The translations under genes were made by a program, and so were the position numbers. Shown here in pieces: positions 44,243 through 54,154 of a DNA stretch of 64,000 bases. Numbering within the stretch: position 1 is the first letter of the stretch; every line of letters starts with the position of its first letter. The notes under the pieces were generated by a model that was not told the origin of the DNA, did not search any database, and saw nothing but the letters and a program-made list of their open reading frames with translations. Source of the DNA: Syntrophaceae bacterium UBA2280 (GTDB lineage: Bacteria > Desulfobacterota > Syntrophia > Syntrophales > Smithellaceae); NCBI GenBank assembly GCA_002347685.1, contig DDWS01000001.1, positions 18,641 through 82,640 of the forward strand, written 5' to 3'.

Positions 44243-44566
44243 ATGGAGCTGAAAAAGATGATAGGTGCTCGCATAGCGGAAACAAGGGCGTGCAAGGGTA
44301 TGACCCAAGAGAAGTTGGCGGCTAAGATGGGGATCAGTAGCAAATATCTCAGCAGCATAGAACGTGGCAAAGAAAATCCCACCCTTGACACCCTTATAAA
44401 TCTTGCCCAATCCCTTGGAATCGAATTAGCAGAAATGTTTACTCTTATTGAAGTGGAAGACCCTGCTCTGAAGAAGAAAGCATTAGCTGCCCTGTTAAAC
44501 GAGGCAAGTTCGGAACAGATCAAGCTAGCGTTAAGAATCTTGTCAATGATAATACGACAAAGATAG
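44243..44566 (+). CDS. Xre-family HTH transcriptional regulator
   Basis: MTQEKLAAKMGISSKYLSSIERGKENPTLDTLINLAQSLG. ATG at 44243 follows a G-rich SD. Confidence 0.85.
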   Translation: MELKKMIGARIAETRACKGMTQEKLAAKMGISSKYLSSIERGKENPTLDTLINLAQSLGIELAEMFTLIEVEDPALKKKALAALLNEASSEQIKLALRILSMIIRQR

Positions 44567-44842
44567 TGGACAAACATAAATGAGTTGCTGCTACGGTGCT
44601 TTAATAGGGATTCACTTTTCAAACTGCGACAGATTATAAATTGATGGGATTTTTTAGTCTAATACGTTCAGGGAAAGCAATCGATATTGTTGCTGTAAAA
44701 TGAGGTCGCGGATTAGTGATATTGCAAGCAGTTCTCATCTTCACTCATTTCCGCAGGCATAAACTCCCCACCAGCAGAGATATTTCTGAGCTGCCGGCAA
44801 ATTGCACACTTATCCCCACGAATGCTTCGGCCATCCAGATCA

Positions 44843-47437
44843 TCAATAATCCCTCGCCAAGGTTCCACTAAAGAGACTCGCCGCATCTCTGGCAACTGTA
44901 ATAGCCTTGCGCACCTCGTCGCTCTTCAAATCAAGCACGCGCAGCTTTCCTAATGCCTCTGCAACAGACTCAATACGTCGATATGTGCTACCGTGTGTCT
45001 CAGCATATAAGGCAAGCCCCTGTAGTTTTGGCAGGGCATCTGCAAGGTGGAGACTATGCGGGTCAACAATGTCCGCTACCACCATTCCATCAGCCTGTGA
45101 CGCAAAGAATATGAAATCTGGTCGAATGATGCCATATCTGTCGCCAGAAACATAAGCAATTCCCAGTGAAGATTGTCCCGGCTGTTGCGGGTTGCGATAC
45201 CAGAAGATGAAGCCCTCACGCTTCATCTCGGTTTCGAGAACCTTTTCTTCCCAATTATTCAGTGCCGTCGGGTAAGTGCCCTGCGTGTCGCAGAGCAAAT
45301 GGCTTAGGTAGGTCGGCAACGCCTTCTCAACGTTGTTTTCACGGACCTTAGTCAGCTCGAATCGGGCCTCCGGTTTTACCAAATCGACATCTTGGGGTTC
45401 GGTACTCATTTCAATGATCTGGCGGTAAGACTCCTGCCGGTCATGCGAAAGAGATTTAATGGCAGCTTTGTATGTTTGCAGCCATTTCCTAGCCAACTTA
45501 TCAGCCTCGGCATCAAAGTAGGGCTGTAGTTCACTCACTAAACCAAGAGCTGCCACGGAAACGCGACCTTCGATAAGAGCCTCTTCAAATTCATCTGCAT
45601 CTTCAGGGTCTGCCATCCGATAAGCGAGAGCATCGACATAGGTGCGTGAAATATCTGGGCTAAAGATTCGTGCCGCACGCCGGTATGCATCATCAATAAC
45701 CGCCATGTCAGCGGCTTCCCAGAACTCATCAAAGCTCATGGATTTGCCTTTTATGTCAGCCAATACCGTCTTTCCATCTACGGTCAACACGTCCTTGCGC
45801 TTGGCTTCAATCTTTTCTGTTTCATTCTCCCGAAGCTTATCCAGCACGGCATGCATGGCTGCATGCGCCTGCCTACCTGCACCCGGCAGAATGTCGTCCG
45901 CGGCCAGCTCATGCGCCAGCGCTGTCAAGCGTTTTGCCGGTTTCGCTGCGCGGTGTGGGCGGGTCTGCGACGGCAGCGATTCGAACTTATCCCACACCGC
46001 ATCCGTAGTTTGCGGATGGGGTTTCATCTCCACCGGGTTGATAAGCACACGTCCCGGCGGTGGCGGCGCAGTGTCATCCCCCCTCATCAAAGCATCTACG
46101 ACTTCGCTAACTGTTTTTGTATTAAACTTAGGCAGCAAACAGTCCACCGCGTTAAGACGGTCATTACCGGGGATGCGCCGTGCCAACGGAGAACGCACCA
46201 TCCGCCCTATCAACTGCGTGATATGGGTACGGTCCGTCGCGGCGCGGAAAGAAATCATCACTTCAGCACGCGGACAATCCCAGCCCGTGCTGATGGCGTC
46301 TTTAGCAATCAGAATACGCACCCAGGTCGATTCCTGAACGCGCTCAGGCTCTATGTACGGAACATAACGGTTTCCGAAATGCTGAGTGGTGTGATCACCA
46401 AATACGTGCGCCACACTGCCACTCGGCAAATCCGACCATTGCCGATAAATGGTGTCCAATGCACGACCGATATCGTTCGGATCTGGTGTATTGGGAACCT
46501 GTAATACCATTAGCGGAATGACGGGGCGGGCCTCCTCCTGCTGGTTCGCGTACTCAGTCCATGCATCAGTCGATGTCTTCAGCTTATCTGTGGCTCGACG
46601 CACAAGCACGGTATCGAAATCCCCGATTTCATCCGGCATATCCAGAATGATCGTGTCCTTAATCAAGCCAGATTCCTGCACTTTCGCCGAATCCACCACT
46701 ACATCGGGCAAAATGATTCGCTGTTGTGCACCTTCCATCGCCTTTTTGAATCGTTCCACGGTTGCCGATATACCCCACACCACAGGAATACCTGGTACGC
46801 CAAAGGCGCCGTTAATCAGCCGTTGTACGATGGTGCTTTTCGCATTCACGCTTGCTGCATTGGGGTTGCCCATGCCGCGATGTGCCTCATCAAGCACTAA
46901 GTAGAGCGTCAGTTCCGGATCTTCAATGGTATTAAGAATAGTGTCCCAGATGGTATAAGAGCGCATATCAGGACGGGTTTCTGGAATTATTATGCCAAAC
47001 TTGGCTTCCATCTCGTCTAAGTCATGGCCACGCACCAACAAGCTGTTCTTGCTCAGCTTTTGCGTATTCAGAAAATAGATCTTACCGGCTTCAAACTTGG
47101 ATCGGTTAAAGGTGTTCTCTACCACTACCATGTCGGTGTGCTGAATACGATCACTGGCTTCCATCAATCGAAAGCGCGTCTGTTCATTCAAAGACGGGTC
47201 ATCACTAAACCAGATCACCACTGCGCCGGGATCTGCGTCAAAATCATATTCGTCATCACCATGAAACAGAGCCTCAAAGGCAGCAGCGGCCATTACTGTC
47301 TTGCCCGCGCCGGTAACGGCTGTTAACGAAAATGCATGCTTATCGGCATCTTCACGCCACCTTTTGCGAGCCTTCTTAAGATTGGTCAACGCATCGCGCA
47401 CTGCATCGGTCTGGTAGTCCTTCAGTGTAAATTTCAT
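44843..47437 (-). CDS. res: Type III restriction enzyme, Res subunit (SF2 helicase-nuclease)
   Basis: Motif I TGAGKT, motif II LVLDEAHRG. 864 aa. Immediately downstream of the mod gene. Confidence 0.88.
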   Translation of the reverse strand: MKFTLKDYQTDAVRDALTNLKKARKRWREDADKHAFSLTAVTGAGKTVMAAAAFEALFHGDDEYDFDADPGAVVIWFSDDPSLNEQTRFRLMEASDRIQHTDMVVVENTFNRSKFEAGKIYFLNTQKLSKNSLLVRGHDLDEMEAKFGIIIPETRPDMRSYTIWDTILNTIEDPELTLYLVLDEAHRGMGNPNAASVNAKSTIVQRLINGAFGVPGIPVVWGISATVERFKKAMEGAQQRIILPDVVVDSAKVQESGLIKDTIILDMPDEIGDFDTVLVRRATDKLKTSTDAWTEYANQQEEARPVIPLMVLQVPNTPDPNDIGRALDTIYRQWSDLPSGSVAHVFGDHTTQHFGNRYVPYIEPERVQESTWVRILIAKDAISTGWDCPRAEVMISFRAATDRTHITQLIGRMVRSPLARRIPGNDRLNAVDCLLPKFNTKTVSEVVDALMRGDDTAPPPPGRVLINPVEMKPHPQTTDAVWDKFESLPSQTRPHRAAKPAKRLTALAHELAADDILPGAGRQAHAAMHAVLDKLRENETEKIEAKRKDVLTVDGKTVLADIKGKSMSFDEFWEAADMAVIDDAYRRAARIFSPDISRTYVDALAYRMADPEDADEFEEALIEGRVSVAALGLVSELQPYFDAEADKLARKWLQTYKAAIKSLSHDRQESYRQIIEMSTEPQDVDLVKPEARFELTKVRENNVEKALPTYLSHLLCDTQGTYPTALNNWEEKVLETEMKREGFIFWYRNPQQPGQSSLGIAYVSGDRYGIIRPDFIFFASQADGMVVADIVDPHSLHLADALPKLQGLALYAETHGSTYRRIESVAEALGKLRVLDLKSDEVRKAITVARDAASLFSGTLARDY

Positions 47438-47452
47438 TCCTTGTTCCCCTGC

Positions 47453-49579
47453 TTATTCTCCATTGGTGAAACTGAAATTGGTAAGGTATGATTCATACAA
47501 ACGTATCGGCTCCACCCCACTGGGCAGGCGGCGGGCAATGGCCTGAAAGCGGCGGTCGTCATCGGTCACGATGTAGGCCACCTGTAAGTCCCTGGCCTGA
47601 TTAATGGCCTTTATAAATGGCGTGACAGCATCGACCTCCACCAACAAACCGTAAGCCTCTACCACAGCCCAGCCAGCGGCGGGCAGCTTGTCAATACACT
47701 GACCACGACTCCCTGCCCGCAGCCAAAGCATCGAAGCAATGCGTTCGAAGGCGCGGTTATGGTTGACGGAAACCGGCGTTTCGTAGGTCAGGGTGAAAAA
47801 CTCAGCGTTTTCTTCGAAACCCTCAGCCATCGGGAATTCATCGGTGAACTTGTAATCGCCCTTGATTGGCATGCCATCCGGCGTTTTGCCCGTAATTGCG
47901 GCAGCAACGCGTGGCTTCGTGATGTAGTCGCAGATGCCCCACTTCTCCCAGTCCTCATCGCCGGGGCGCAGACCCTGCTTGCGCAGTTCCTTTTGTTCAT
48001 CAGCAGCCACTTCGTTGTTGGTTACAGAGATGCACTGGCGGCGGCCACCGTCTTGATGATTGAGGCGCATCAGGGCATGGGCGGTAGTCCCAGAGCCGGA
48101 GAAAAAATCAAGGATGACGGCATTTGGCTTGTTTGCAACAAAGAAGCGCAGCGCGTCTTCAACGGCATAGAGTGATTTAGGGAATGGGAAGTTGCGACTT
48201 AGCAAAAATTTTGCTAAAAGCCGACTGCCATATTGGGTCGAATCATGAGCAGAGACTTTCCATTGCGTTCCTGGTATGGCCGTAACAACACTAGGATCGT
48301 TCTCTTCAACTAACAGAGAGCCATTAGGCGCGCAACCCATCTCTTTGAATTCCCCAGACTGAATTTTCTCATACTCTCCCGGTTTGAGAATATAGACCGT
48401 GAACCCTTTTTTTAGGCTTCCTCCAATACTGACCCGGCCCTCCTGCATCCTTTCTTTGAACGTCTCCGGAGACCACTGCCAGTTACCTTCTGACTTATCT
48501 TGCCGAATAGGTAAAATTGCAGTCAGACCAGGAATTTCTGGCGCTGAGCTGACACCTGGCTCAAGTGTGTCACCGACTTTCGCAACTATGTTGTTCTTAG
48601 GGTCAACATAGATTGGGTAGAAGCAGCCAGGCGAGTGACTCCTCTCAGCGTTAGTTCCCGAGCGTCTCAGCAAATCCCAACGAATCTTGCCGGTGTGTGT
48701 ACGCCCCTTCCCCGAAACCCATTCCCGATCAAGCCGCAATTTCGTGGGCGCAGCCTCGCCAATCATAACGAAGAACAAATACTCATCGCTTCTTCCGAAA
48801 CCACCGACTCTCGCTACCGCCGCTGGGTTGATCAAGGCACTTACCATCTGAATTCTGGCTTCAGGGAACGTCTGTTCCAGCAATAATCCAAGCCGCAGAT
48901 ATTCCTTCTCGTCGATAGTCACAATCAGTACCGAATTCGACGGATTCAGCAGTTCTCGCGCAACTAGCAATCGCCGCTCCATCATCGCGAGCCACTTGCT
49001 GTGCCGATAGAGGTCATCACCCTCGACGTAATCATTGTTGTATTTCCAATCCTTCGCCCCCGAGTTGTAAGGCGGGTCGATGTATATGGCATCCACCTTA
49101 CCACGATGTGTAAAGGTCAGAGCCTTCAATACGTGGTAGTTCTCGCCGTTTATGACAGTATGGAAGGGTTTGTCACCACCACGCCTCACGTTGCCTGTGC
49201 TGACCAAGCCAGGGTAGATGGTGTCGCGAAACTCGGACACCACAACTAGGTCATCGAGCGCCACGGTTTGAGTTTCCGGCTCTGCGGCATCCAATAGTTC
49301 AAGTTCAGCAAACCTGGTCGCCCCTTCTTTGCGAATGGCCTTCACCAGCCAAAGGCGCGGATCTCCTTTTTTGGTCGAGCCTCGTGCTGGCAATACCCGA
49401 ACTTTAGCGCCTTTGCGAATAGACCGCAGCGGCAGCTCCACCGCTTCCGGGCGATGACGTTCAAAATTCAGGCCGAAAGGCAGACGTGCCGACAGCACCT
49501 TAAATTCCCTATCGAGGTCTGCCCCTAGTTGTGAATCTTTGGCTTTCGCTTTGGCAATCAAGTCAGTTAATCGTGACAC
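47453..49579 (-). CDS. mod: Type III R-M DNA methyltransferase, Mod subunit
   Basis: IYIDPPYNSG (motif IV) precedes DFFSGSGTTAHA (motif I), the beta-class order. 708 aa. Confidence 0.88.
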   Translation of the reverse strand: MSRLTDLIAKAKAKDSQLGADLDREFKVLSARLPFGLNFERHRPEAVELPLRSIRKGAKVRVLPARGSTKKGDPRLWLVKAIRKEGATRFAELELLDAAEPETQTVALDDLVVVSEFRDTIYPGLVSTGNVRRGGDKPFHTVINGENYHVLKALTFTHRGKVDAIYIDPPYNSGAKDWKYNNDYVEGDDLYRHSKWLAMMERRLLVARELLNPSNSVLIVTIDEKEYLRLGLLLEQTFPEARIQMVSALINPAAVARVGGFGRSDEYLFFVMIGEAAPTKLRLDREWVSGKGRTHTGKIRWDLLRRSGTNAERSHSPGCFYPIYVDPKNNIVAKVGDTLEPGVSSAPEIPGLTAILPIRQDKSEGNWQWSPETFKERMQEGRVSIGGSLKKGFTVYILKPGEYEKIQSGEFKEMGCAPNGSLLVEENDPSVVTAIPGTQWKVSAHDSTQYGSRLLAKFLLSRNFPFPKSLYAVEDALRFFVANKPNAVILDFFSGSGTTAHALMRLNHQDGGRRQCISVTNNEVAADEQKELRKQGLRPGDEDWEKWGICDYITKPRVAAAITGKTPDGMPIKGDYKFTDEFPMAEGFEENAEFFTLTYETPVSVNHNRAFERIASMLWLRAGSRGQCIDKLPAAGWAVVEAYGLLVEVDAVTPFIKAINQARDLQVAYIVTDDDRRFQAIARRLPSGVEPIRLYESYLTNFSFTNGE

Positions 49580-49771
49580 ACAGGCTCCGTTTTCGTTAAT
49601 GAGCGGCGCGTTACCGCAGAATTTTTACTGTTGTGCCCACCGCTTTGGGATGGTTAATCTTCTTTGTCCATTATCTTCGTAATAGCAAGATGCTCTTGCA
49701 TCTTTTTAAACGATTTGATGCAGAAAGAAAAGTGGAAATCCTTTTAAAACCAGATTAATTTAAAAACAGGT

Positions 49772-49846
49772 TTTGGCTTTTCGCAACAATAAGGACCAAA
49801 GAAGAAGAAGGAAGTTTTTTCTGGAAAATTTGTCCAGTGTAAAGAA
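49772..49846. repeat. About 75-bp repeat B (partner of 42432-42504)
   Basis: TTTGGCTTTTCGCAACAATAAGGACCAAA ... GGAAAATTTGTCCAGTGTAAAGAA, in the same orientation and block spacing as repeat A. Confidence 0.7.
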
Positions 49847-50147
49847 ATCTGGTATGGCCTACAACTGATTCTAATGAAATAGCAAAGCTGAAATCCTCAG
49901 TGGTATAAAGCCTTATAAAGCTCAATAAACTAACAGCGTGCTAAAAAGAGAGTTTGCGTGGGTCTATCGCCGAACGCCTTACGGAACCAGATTCCAGACA
50001 GGCAACTACAGCATCACAATTCTGCATGACTAATTTAATCAATTGGCGAGACGGAATATTGTGATGACCTTACCCCGTGATAATCTGGAAAATGTGTATG
50101 CGAAAACATTCTCATCGTTGATTTCCCAGAAGTCCTCTTGCGGCCAT

Positions 50148-50594
50148 CTAATTCGAATCAAGCTTTTTGCGCAAAATGGTCTGCCCGCGGTTAACATCAG
50201 GTAGAGGCTGACTCAGTAATTCGTAGTCGAAGCCATGAGCAGACGCATTGAAAGCCCATATGGTGAATTGTTCTAATAGGCGTTGATTTTCCGACTCTAA
50301 TCGTCTGTTTTCCGCCTCGAACCGTTCGATACGCTGTCGCGCGATCTGTACCTCTGGTGACGAGGTAGGTCCGATCTGGCCGCCATCCCTCAATAGATTT
50401 TTCTTTGTAAGGAAATACGCATTGCGGATTCTTTCGTGCTTGAAGAGTGCTTGCCGTGTATAGCGGCCATAAATGCGAACCGCAATCTCATCAATCAGCA
50501 GATTCCACGTAAGCTTGGTAGACCAACCATCGAGGATTTCAACTATCCGCTTGATATCAACGTCTGATAAATTTTTAGCTCGCCTGTGCATCAT
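50148..50594 (-). CDS. Small helical protein, fourth gene of the recombinase operon (GinD/TnpC-like by position)
   Basis: Coiled-coil RQRIERFEAENRRLESENQRLLEQ. The ATG at 50594 overlaps the end of the upstream recombinase gene. Confidence 0.6.
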   Translation of the reverse strand: MMHRRAKNLSDVDIKRIVEILDGWSTKLTWNLLIDEIAVRIYGRYTRQALFKHERIRNAYFLTKKNLLRDGGQIGPTSSPEVQIARQRIERFEAENRRLESENQRLLEQFTIWAFNASAHGFDYELLSQPLPDVNRGQTILRKKLDSN

Positions 50595-52608
50595 CAGCCT
50601 CCATTGTTTCAATAGCATCTTGAGTTTTATATAATTTTAATGACTCGTTCAAAAGCTTTGCACTCTTTGGTGGAGTCAATTGTATGACAGAACCAACAGG
50701 GACTTTAGGATCATCCATAATCGAGACCACTTGCTGCAACCGCTCCAATGTTGAGCGGTGATGCTCAAACCATCTGTCGCTACCGGCATATCCTTCGCCT
50801 ACTTTTTTTTCGGCACGTTCCGTAAGCTCTCTGGCTTCTGCTAGCCCTTTTCTCAATCGTTCAGCTTTCTCTTCGTCACCCTTTAAAAATACCAACTCGC
50901 CGCAATGTATGCAATCCCTGAAAATCTGGCAAGGTGACATTGTGTAATCATGCAGACAATAGCCAAGGTCTGTCGTATGCGCTGTAGGCGCTACAAGACG
51001 AGAGAATTCATCACGCGGGATTAAAATTCCTTTCGAAATTTCTGCCAGAGAGCCGAGAGGGCCGAAAAACTGGCTGTCGTCTCCTATGGCATCCCGTATT
51101 TTCATGAGCATCTGTTCAGCAGTTTCATGATCATAAGCTGCATTCTGGCGAACGTCCTGGCGGCCCGACCACTTTGCGATGTCAAGCTGACTCAAACCAC
51201 CCATTTGCGCCAGAGTATTGAGATAGTGCCGAAACTGATGTGTGGTAATTCTTATAGGAGTACCATCCGGTTCACAAAAACCTGCGCGCGAATAAATTGA
51301 TGATTTTCCTTGGGCAGATTGGCTACCGAGACCATTATTAATTTGATTGATGCTTATTGGTTCAATCATACAATTGTATGTCGCTTTGCTTTCGTCAATT
51401 TCATTTTTTCGGCAAATAAGCAAAGCCTCGCTATATTTGAGTCCCGTTTCAGCCTCCAAGATAGGAAACCTCCTTGGTAGCATGCTAAGTACGGCATTTT
51501 GGACATCTGCGAATTTCACCTGTTTTGATATATTCCTTTTGATTTTATGATCTGAACACCAATGGCTAGCGGAACTAATCCTTTTCATACCAATTACAGC
51601 TGCAACTTCAGTCAGGGATAGCCATTCCTGACCACGAAGATATTCCCTATCCTCTGAGAGATATATGCGTCCCGGATTAATCTCATACCAAATGGCTATA
51701 CGCCGGGCCTCTGCTGTTATTTTTTTTATCCTGCTAATCGCTTCCTTTACGACGCTGGCCCAGGAAGGCAGGATCCATTTGACCGTGGGATTTGCAGCCT
51801 TTGCTGGCCACCACCGGAGGCCATAAGCATCAGCTTCGCCGTTTTCCCGTTTCAAGTCGACCTCACAATTCTCCGGCAACGTGAGGACTTCGCTTATACG
51901 GTCGGGGCATGAGATTAGAATTACCGCCACAGACGCGACTATCACATCCACTGGCTCCACAGCCAAAAGAAAAACCTTGGGCAGCGATTCCAGCGCGGCC
52001 TCTGACGGCAACTTAGATTGCCTTCGCTTGTCAAATTCTTTGCCAACCCGATCAGTGTCACAAGGCCGTTTCAAAAAATTTCGCCACGGAAAAGGCCGGA
52101 TAGTAAGCCTGTTCGCGATTAGGAATTGGGAAAGAAATTGAAGATGACCGCCAACACGATATGCAACGACACCACTATATTTTTCGCGGACCATTTGTGA
52201 AGCCTTGTTTAGCACAAAGGAATCAATTTCGACAGGATCGGGAAAAACCGAATTTGAAGATAGCGCGTCACATACCGCTCTAAGGGCGACTAAACGTTTC
52301 TTGTAGTCGACAATTGGGTGAATTCCGTGCAGGTATCGCATATAAGACTTTGCAAAAATCAAGAACTTTTCAGGCATTGCTGTAGGGAATCTGTCGTTTA
52401 CAGTTTTTAACGTGCTGAATACTATCCCATGCCGGACGTTTCCATGTCCTTTTATACCGATATAATCGGTTATATCCCAAGTGTTGGAATCAAATGGGAG
52501 GTCGGATCCAAAGACGGTCAATTCGTTCCGACATAGGGCAATAAACCCTTGCATATTGCACTCGGCATCAAGCTCAGCACGTGGCTTAAAATAAATAATG
52601 TCAGCCAT
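50575..52608 (-). CDS. Tyrosine recombinase, large (677 aa; GinC/TnpB-like position)
   Basis: C-terminal catalytic region HQFRHYLNT...RQDVRQNAAYDH. Overlaps both neighbouring genes. Confidence 0.8.
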   Translation of the reverse strand: MADIIYFKPRAELDAECNMQGFIALCRNELTVFGSDLPFDSNTWDITDYIGIKGHGNVRHGIVFSTLKTVNDRFPTAMPEKFLIFAKSYMRYLHGIHPIVDYKKRLVALRAVCDALSSNSVFPDPVEIDSFVLNKASQMVREKYSGVVAYRVGGHLQFLSQFLIANRLTIRPFPWRNFLKRPCDTDRVGKEFDKRRQSKLPSEAALESLPKVFLLAVEPVDVIVASVAVILISCPDRISEVLTLPENCEVDLKRENGEADAYGLRWWPAKAANPTVKWILPSWASVVKEAISRIKKITAEARRIAIWYEINPGRIYLSEDREYLRGQEWLSLTEVAAVIGMKRISSASHWCSDHKIKRNISKQVKFADVQNAVLSMLPRRFPILEAETGLKYSEALLICRKNEIDESKATYNCMIEPISINQINNGLGSQSAQGKSSIYSRAGFCEPDGTPIRITTHQFRHYLNTLAQMGGLSQLDIAKWSGRQDVRQNAAYDHETAEQMLMKIRDAIGDDSQFFGPLGSLAEISKGILIPRDEFSRLVAPTAHTTDLGYCLHDYTMSPCQIFRDCIHCGELVFLKGDEEKAERLRKGLAEARELTERAEKKVGEGYAGSDRWFEHHRSTLERLQQVVSIMDDPKVPVGSVIQLTPPKSAKLLNESLKLYKTQDAIETMEADDAQAS

Positions 52609-54154
52609 TAAAACCCCTGATATCGCGAATGAGTTGGCACTGTCTTACAACCTCCGCAACTGCCAAAATCGTTCGGTCGCAAATCGAAGCAACGCGCAAG
52701 TCAGAGGACACCAGCAGCCGTTCGCGTTCGTTAATCAGATAATCCAACACCGCGCCGTGAGGACCGTCAAGCCATGGCCGAAAACCTCTGCACTGGTAGC
52801 AGGCAATAGGTGCCGACAAACCGCAGAAACCATTATTATCACAATTGCCCATCGGCTTCATCAAAGGGTCAAAGCGCGGATCACACACTCTACAAGCGGG
52901 ATCTCCTGCATAAGCGGCTTCGGTTTCATCTTTAATAATGACACCGGCAAATGCTGCTGCAAGTGGCGCCAACTGAAGTGCCACAGCGCGATCGATTCTC
53001 TCTATAATCTCCGGCATGGCTTGAACATAGACGCTGACATTTTGAGTATCTGTGTGATCCAAAAGTTCGGCAATTATTAACTCACCGTGGCCTTCAACAG
53101 CGGCCCTGGTGCCAACGCTTCGTCGAAAGCGATACGCGTTCACATTAAGAGGCTTTCCGGTGCGCTCCGACCTTACTTCCAGTCTTCCCACAATTTCTGA
53201 TAAAGCACGTGAAAGAGATCGACTTGTTTGATGATACTCAAAACCATTAGGCACTTTTTCGCGTATTCCTTTTGTTGGGAACAAGGGAGCTTGGCCTGGA
53301 TCTTCCAGTCTCAGCATAAAGCTCTCTTGCACTTCCGATGCATGCCGCAGGAGATTTTCACCGAGCTTCGCAATCAAAAGACGATTTTTAAACTCTGACC
53401 TTGGAAGACTGTGCCGCAGCTTGGCACGGGGAACACGAATTGAATAGACCGTCATCCCGTTCTTTGTTTCTCCCGACTTCACGTCGCAAACTTTGAGAAG
53501 AGCATACTGTACCGGACGCAGTCCTAGTGCGAGAAAAAGCGAAACCAAAACATATTCGCCAAGATTAATGACCTCGTCCTTGAAAGCTGTTTCCAATGAA
53601 AATAGAATCGCCTGATTCTCAAGATCAGTGTAGGGACCATTCACCGGATCCATTGTCAAAACCGCCTCGCCCTTTTTATTACCTGTAAGTCGGAGTTGCT
53701 TGAGAATGGCTATTGCACCGTCTTCTATTCCCAAATACCTCATTTCATGCCATTTTTTCATTAAACCAGATATACTGCCTAGATAGTAATGATCCCTTTT
53801 TTTTAATGTTGCATAGTAATTAATTATTTGATGCGGAGAAATCGATGAAACAATCATTCCTGATTCTGAGACGGTGAAGCTTAAAAATTTTTTTAAATAA
53901 AAATACAGATTATCCAAGTAACCCAACGATTTATTCTGCGCGTACCAAACGAAAACTTTCTTGGCTGCCAATTTCATTTCCGGAGTTATTGGCAATTTTC
54001 CGAAATCAAGCTTTACAGTATTCGAACTTTCATGACAATTCCAGATATCCAATCTCGGATCAAATTCCGCGCCACCTCGGGTACTGACTATTGACGGCAA
54101 GGTTAAATCACAGATTTTTGATGATTCGCGGCGCAAAGCCAAACTATTTATCAT
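52601..54154 (-). CDS. Tyrosine recombinase (517 aa; second of the trio)
   Basis: GLRPVQYALLKVCDV, AYRFRRSVGTRAA and LLDHTDTQNVSVYVQ. Confidence 0.75.
   Translation of the reverse strand: MINSLALRRESSKICDLTLPSIVSTRGGAEFDPRLDIWNCHESSNTVKLDFGKLPITPEMKLAAKKVFVWYAQNKSLGYLDNLYFYLKKFLSFTVSESGMIVSSISPHQIINYYATLKKRDHYYLGSISGLMKKWHEMRYLGIEDGAIAILKQLRLTGNKKGEAVLTMDPVNGPYTDLENQAILFSLETAFKDEVINLGEYVLVSLFLALGLRPVQYALLKVCDVKSGETKNGMTVYSIRVPRAKLRHSLPRSEFKNRLLIAKLGENLLRHASEVQESFMLRLEDPGQAPLFPTKGIREKVPNGFEYHQTSRSLSRALSEIVGRLEVRSERTGKPLNVNAYRFRRSVGTRAAVEGHGELIIAELLDHTDTQNVSVYVQAMPEIIERIDRAVALQLAPLAAAFAGVIIKDETEAAYAGDPACRVCDPRFDPLMKPMGNCDNNGFCGLSAPIACYQCRGFRPWLDGPHGAVLDYLINERERLLVSSDLRVASICDRTILAVAEVVRQCQLIRDIRGFNG

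Noticed and set aside
44713-44895. 60-aa ORF overlapping the 3' end of res
   Set aside because: It overlaps the res coding sequence by 53 nt in another frame and has no SD or motif. It is probably fortuitous.
45642-46504. Two plus-strand ORFs (231 and 217 aa) inside the res gene
   Set aside because: They are antisense to the Res helicase, are Ser/Arg/Cys-rich and have no motifs.
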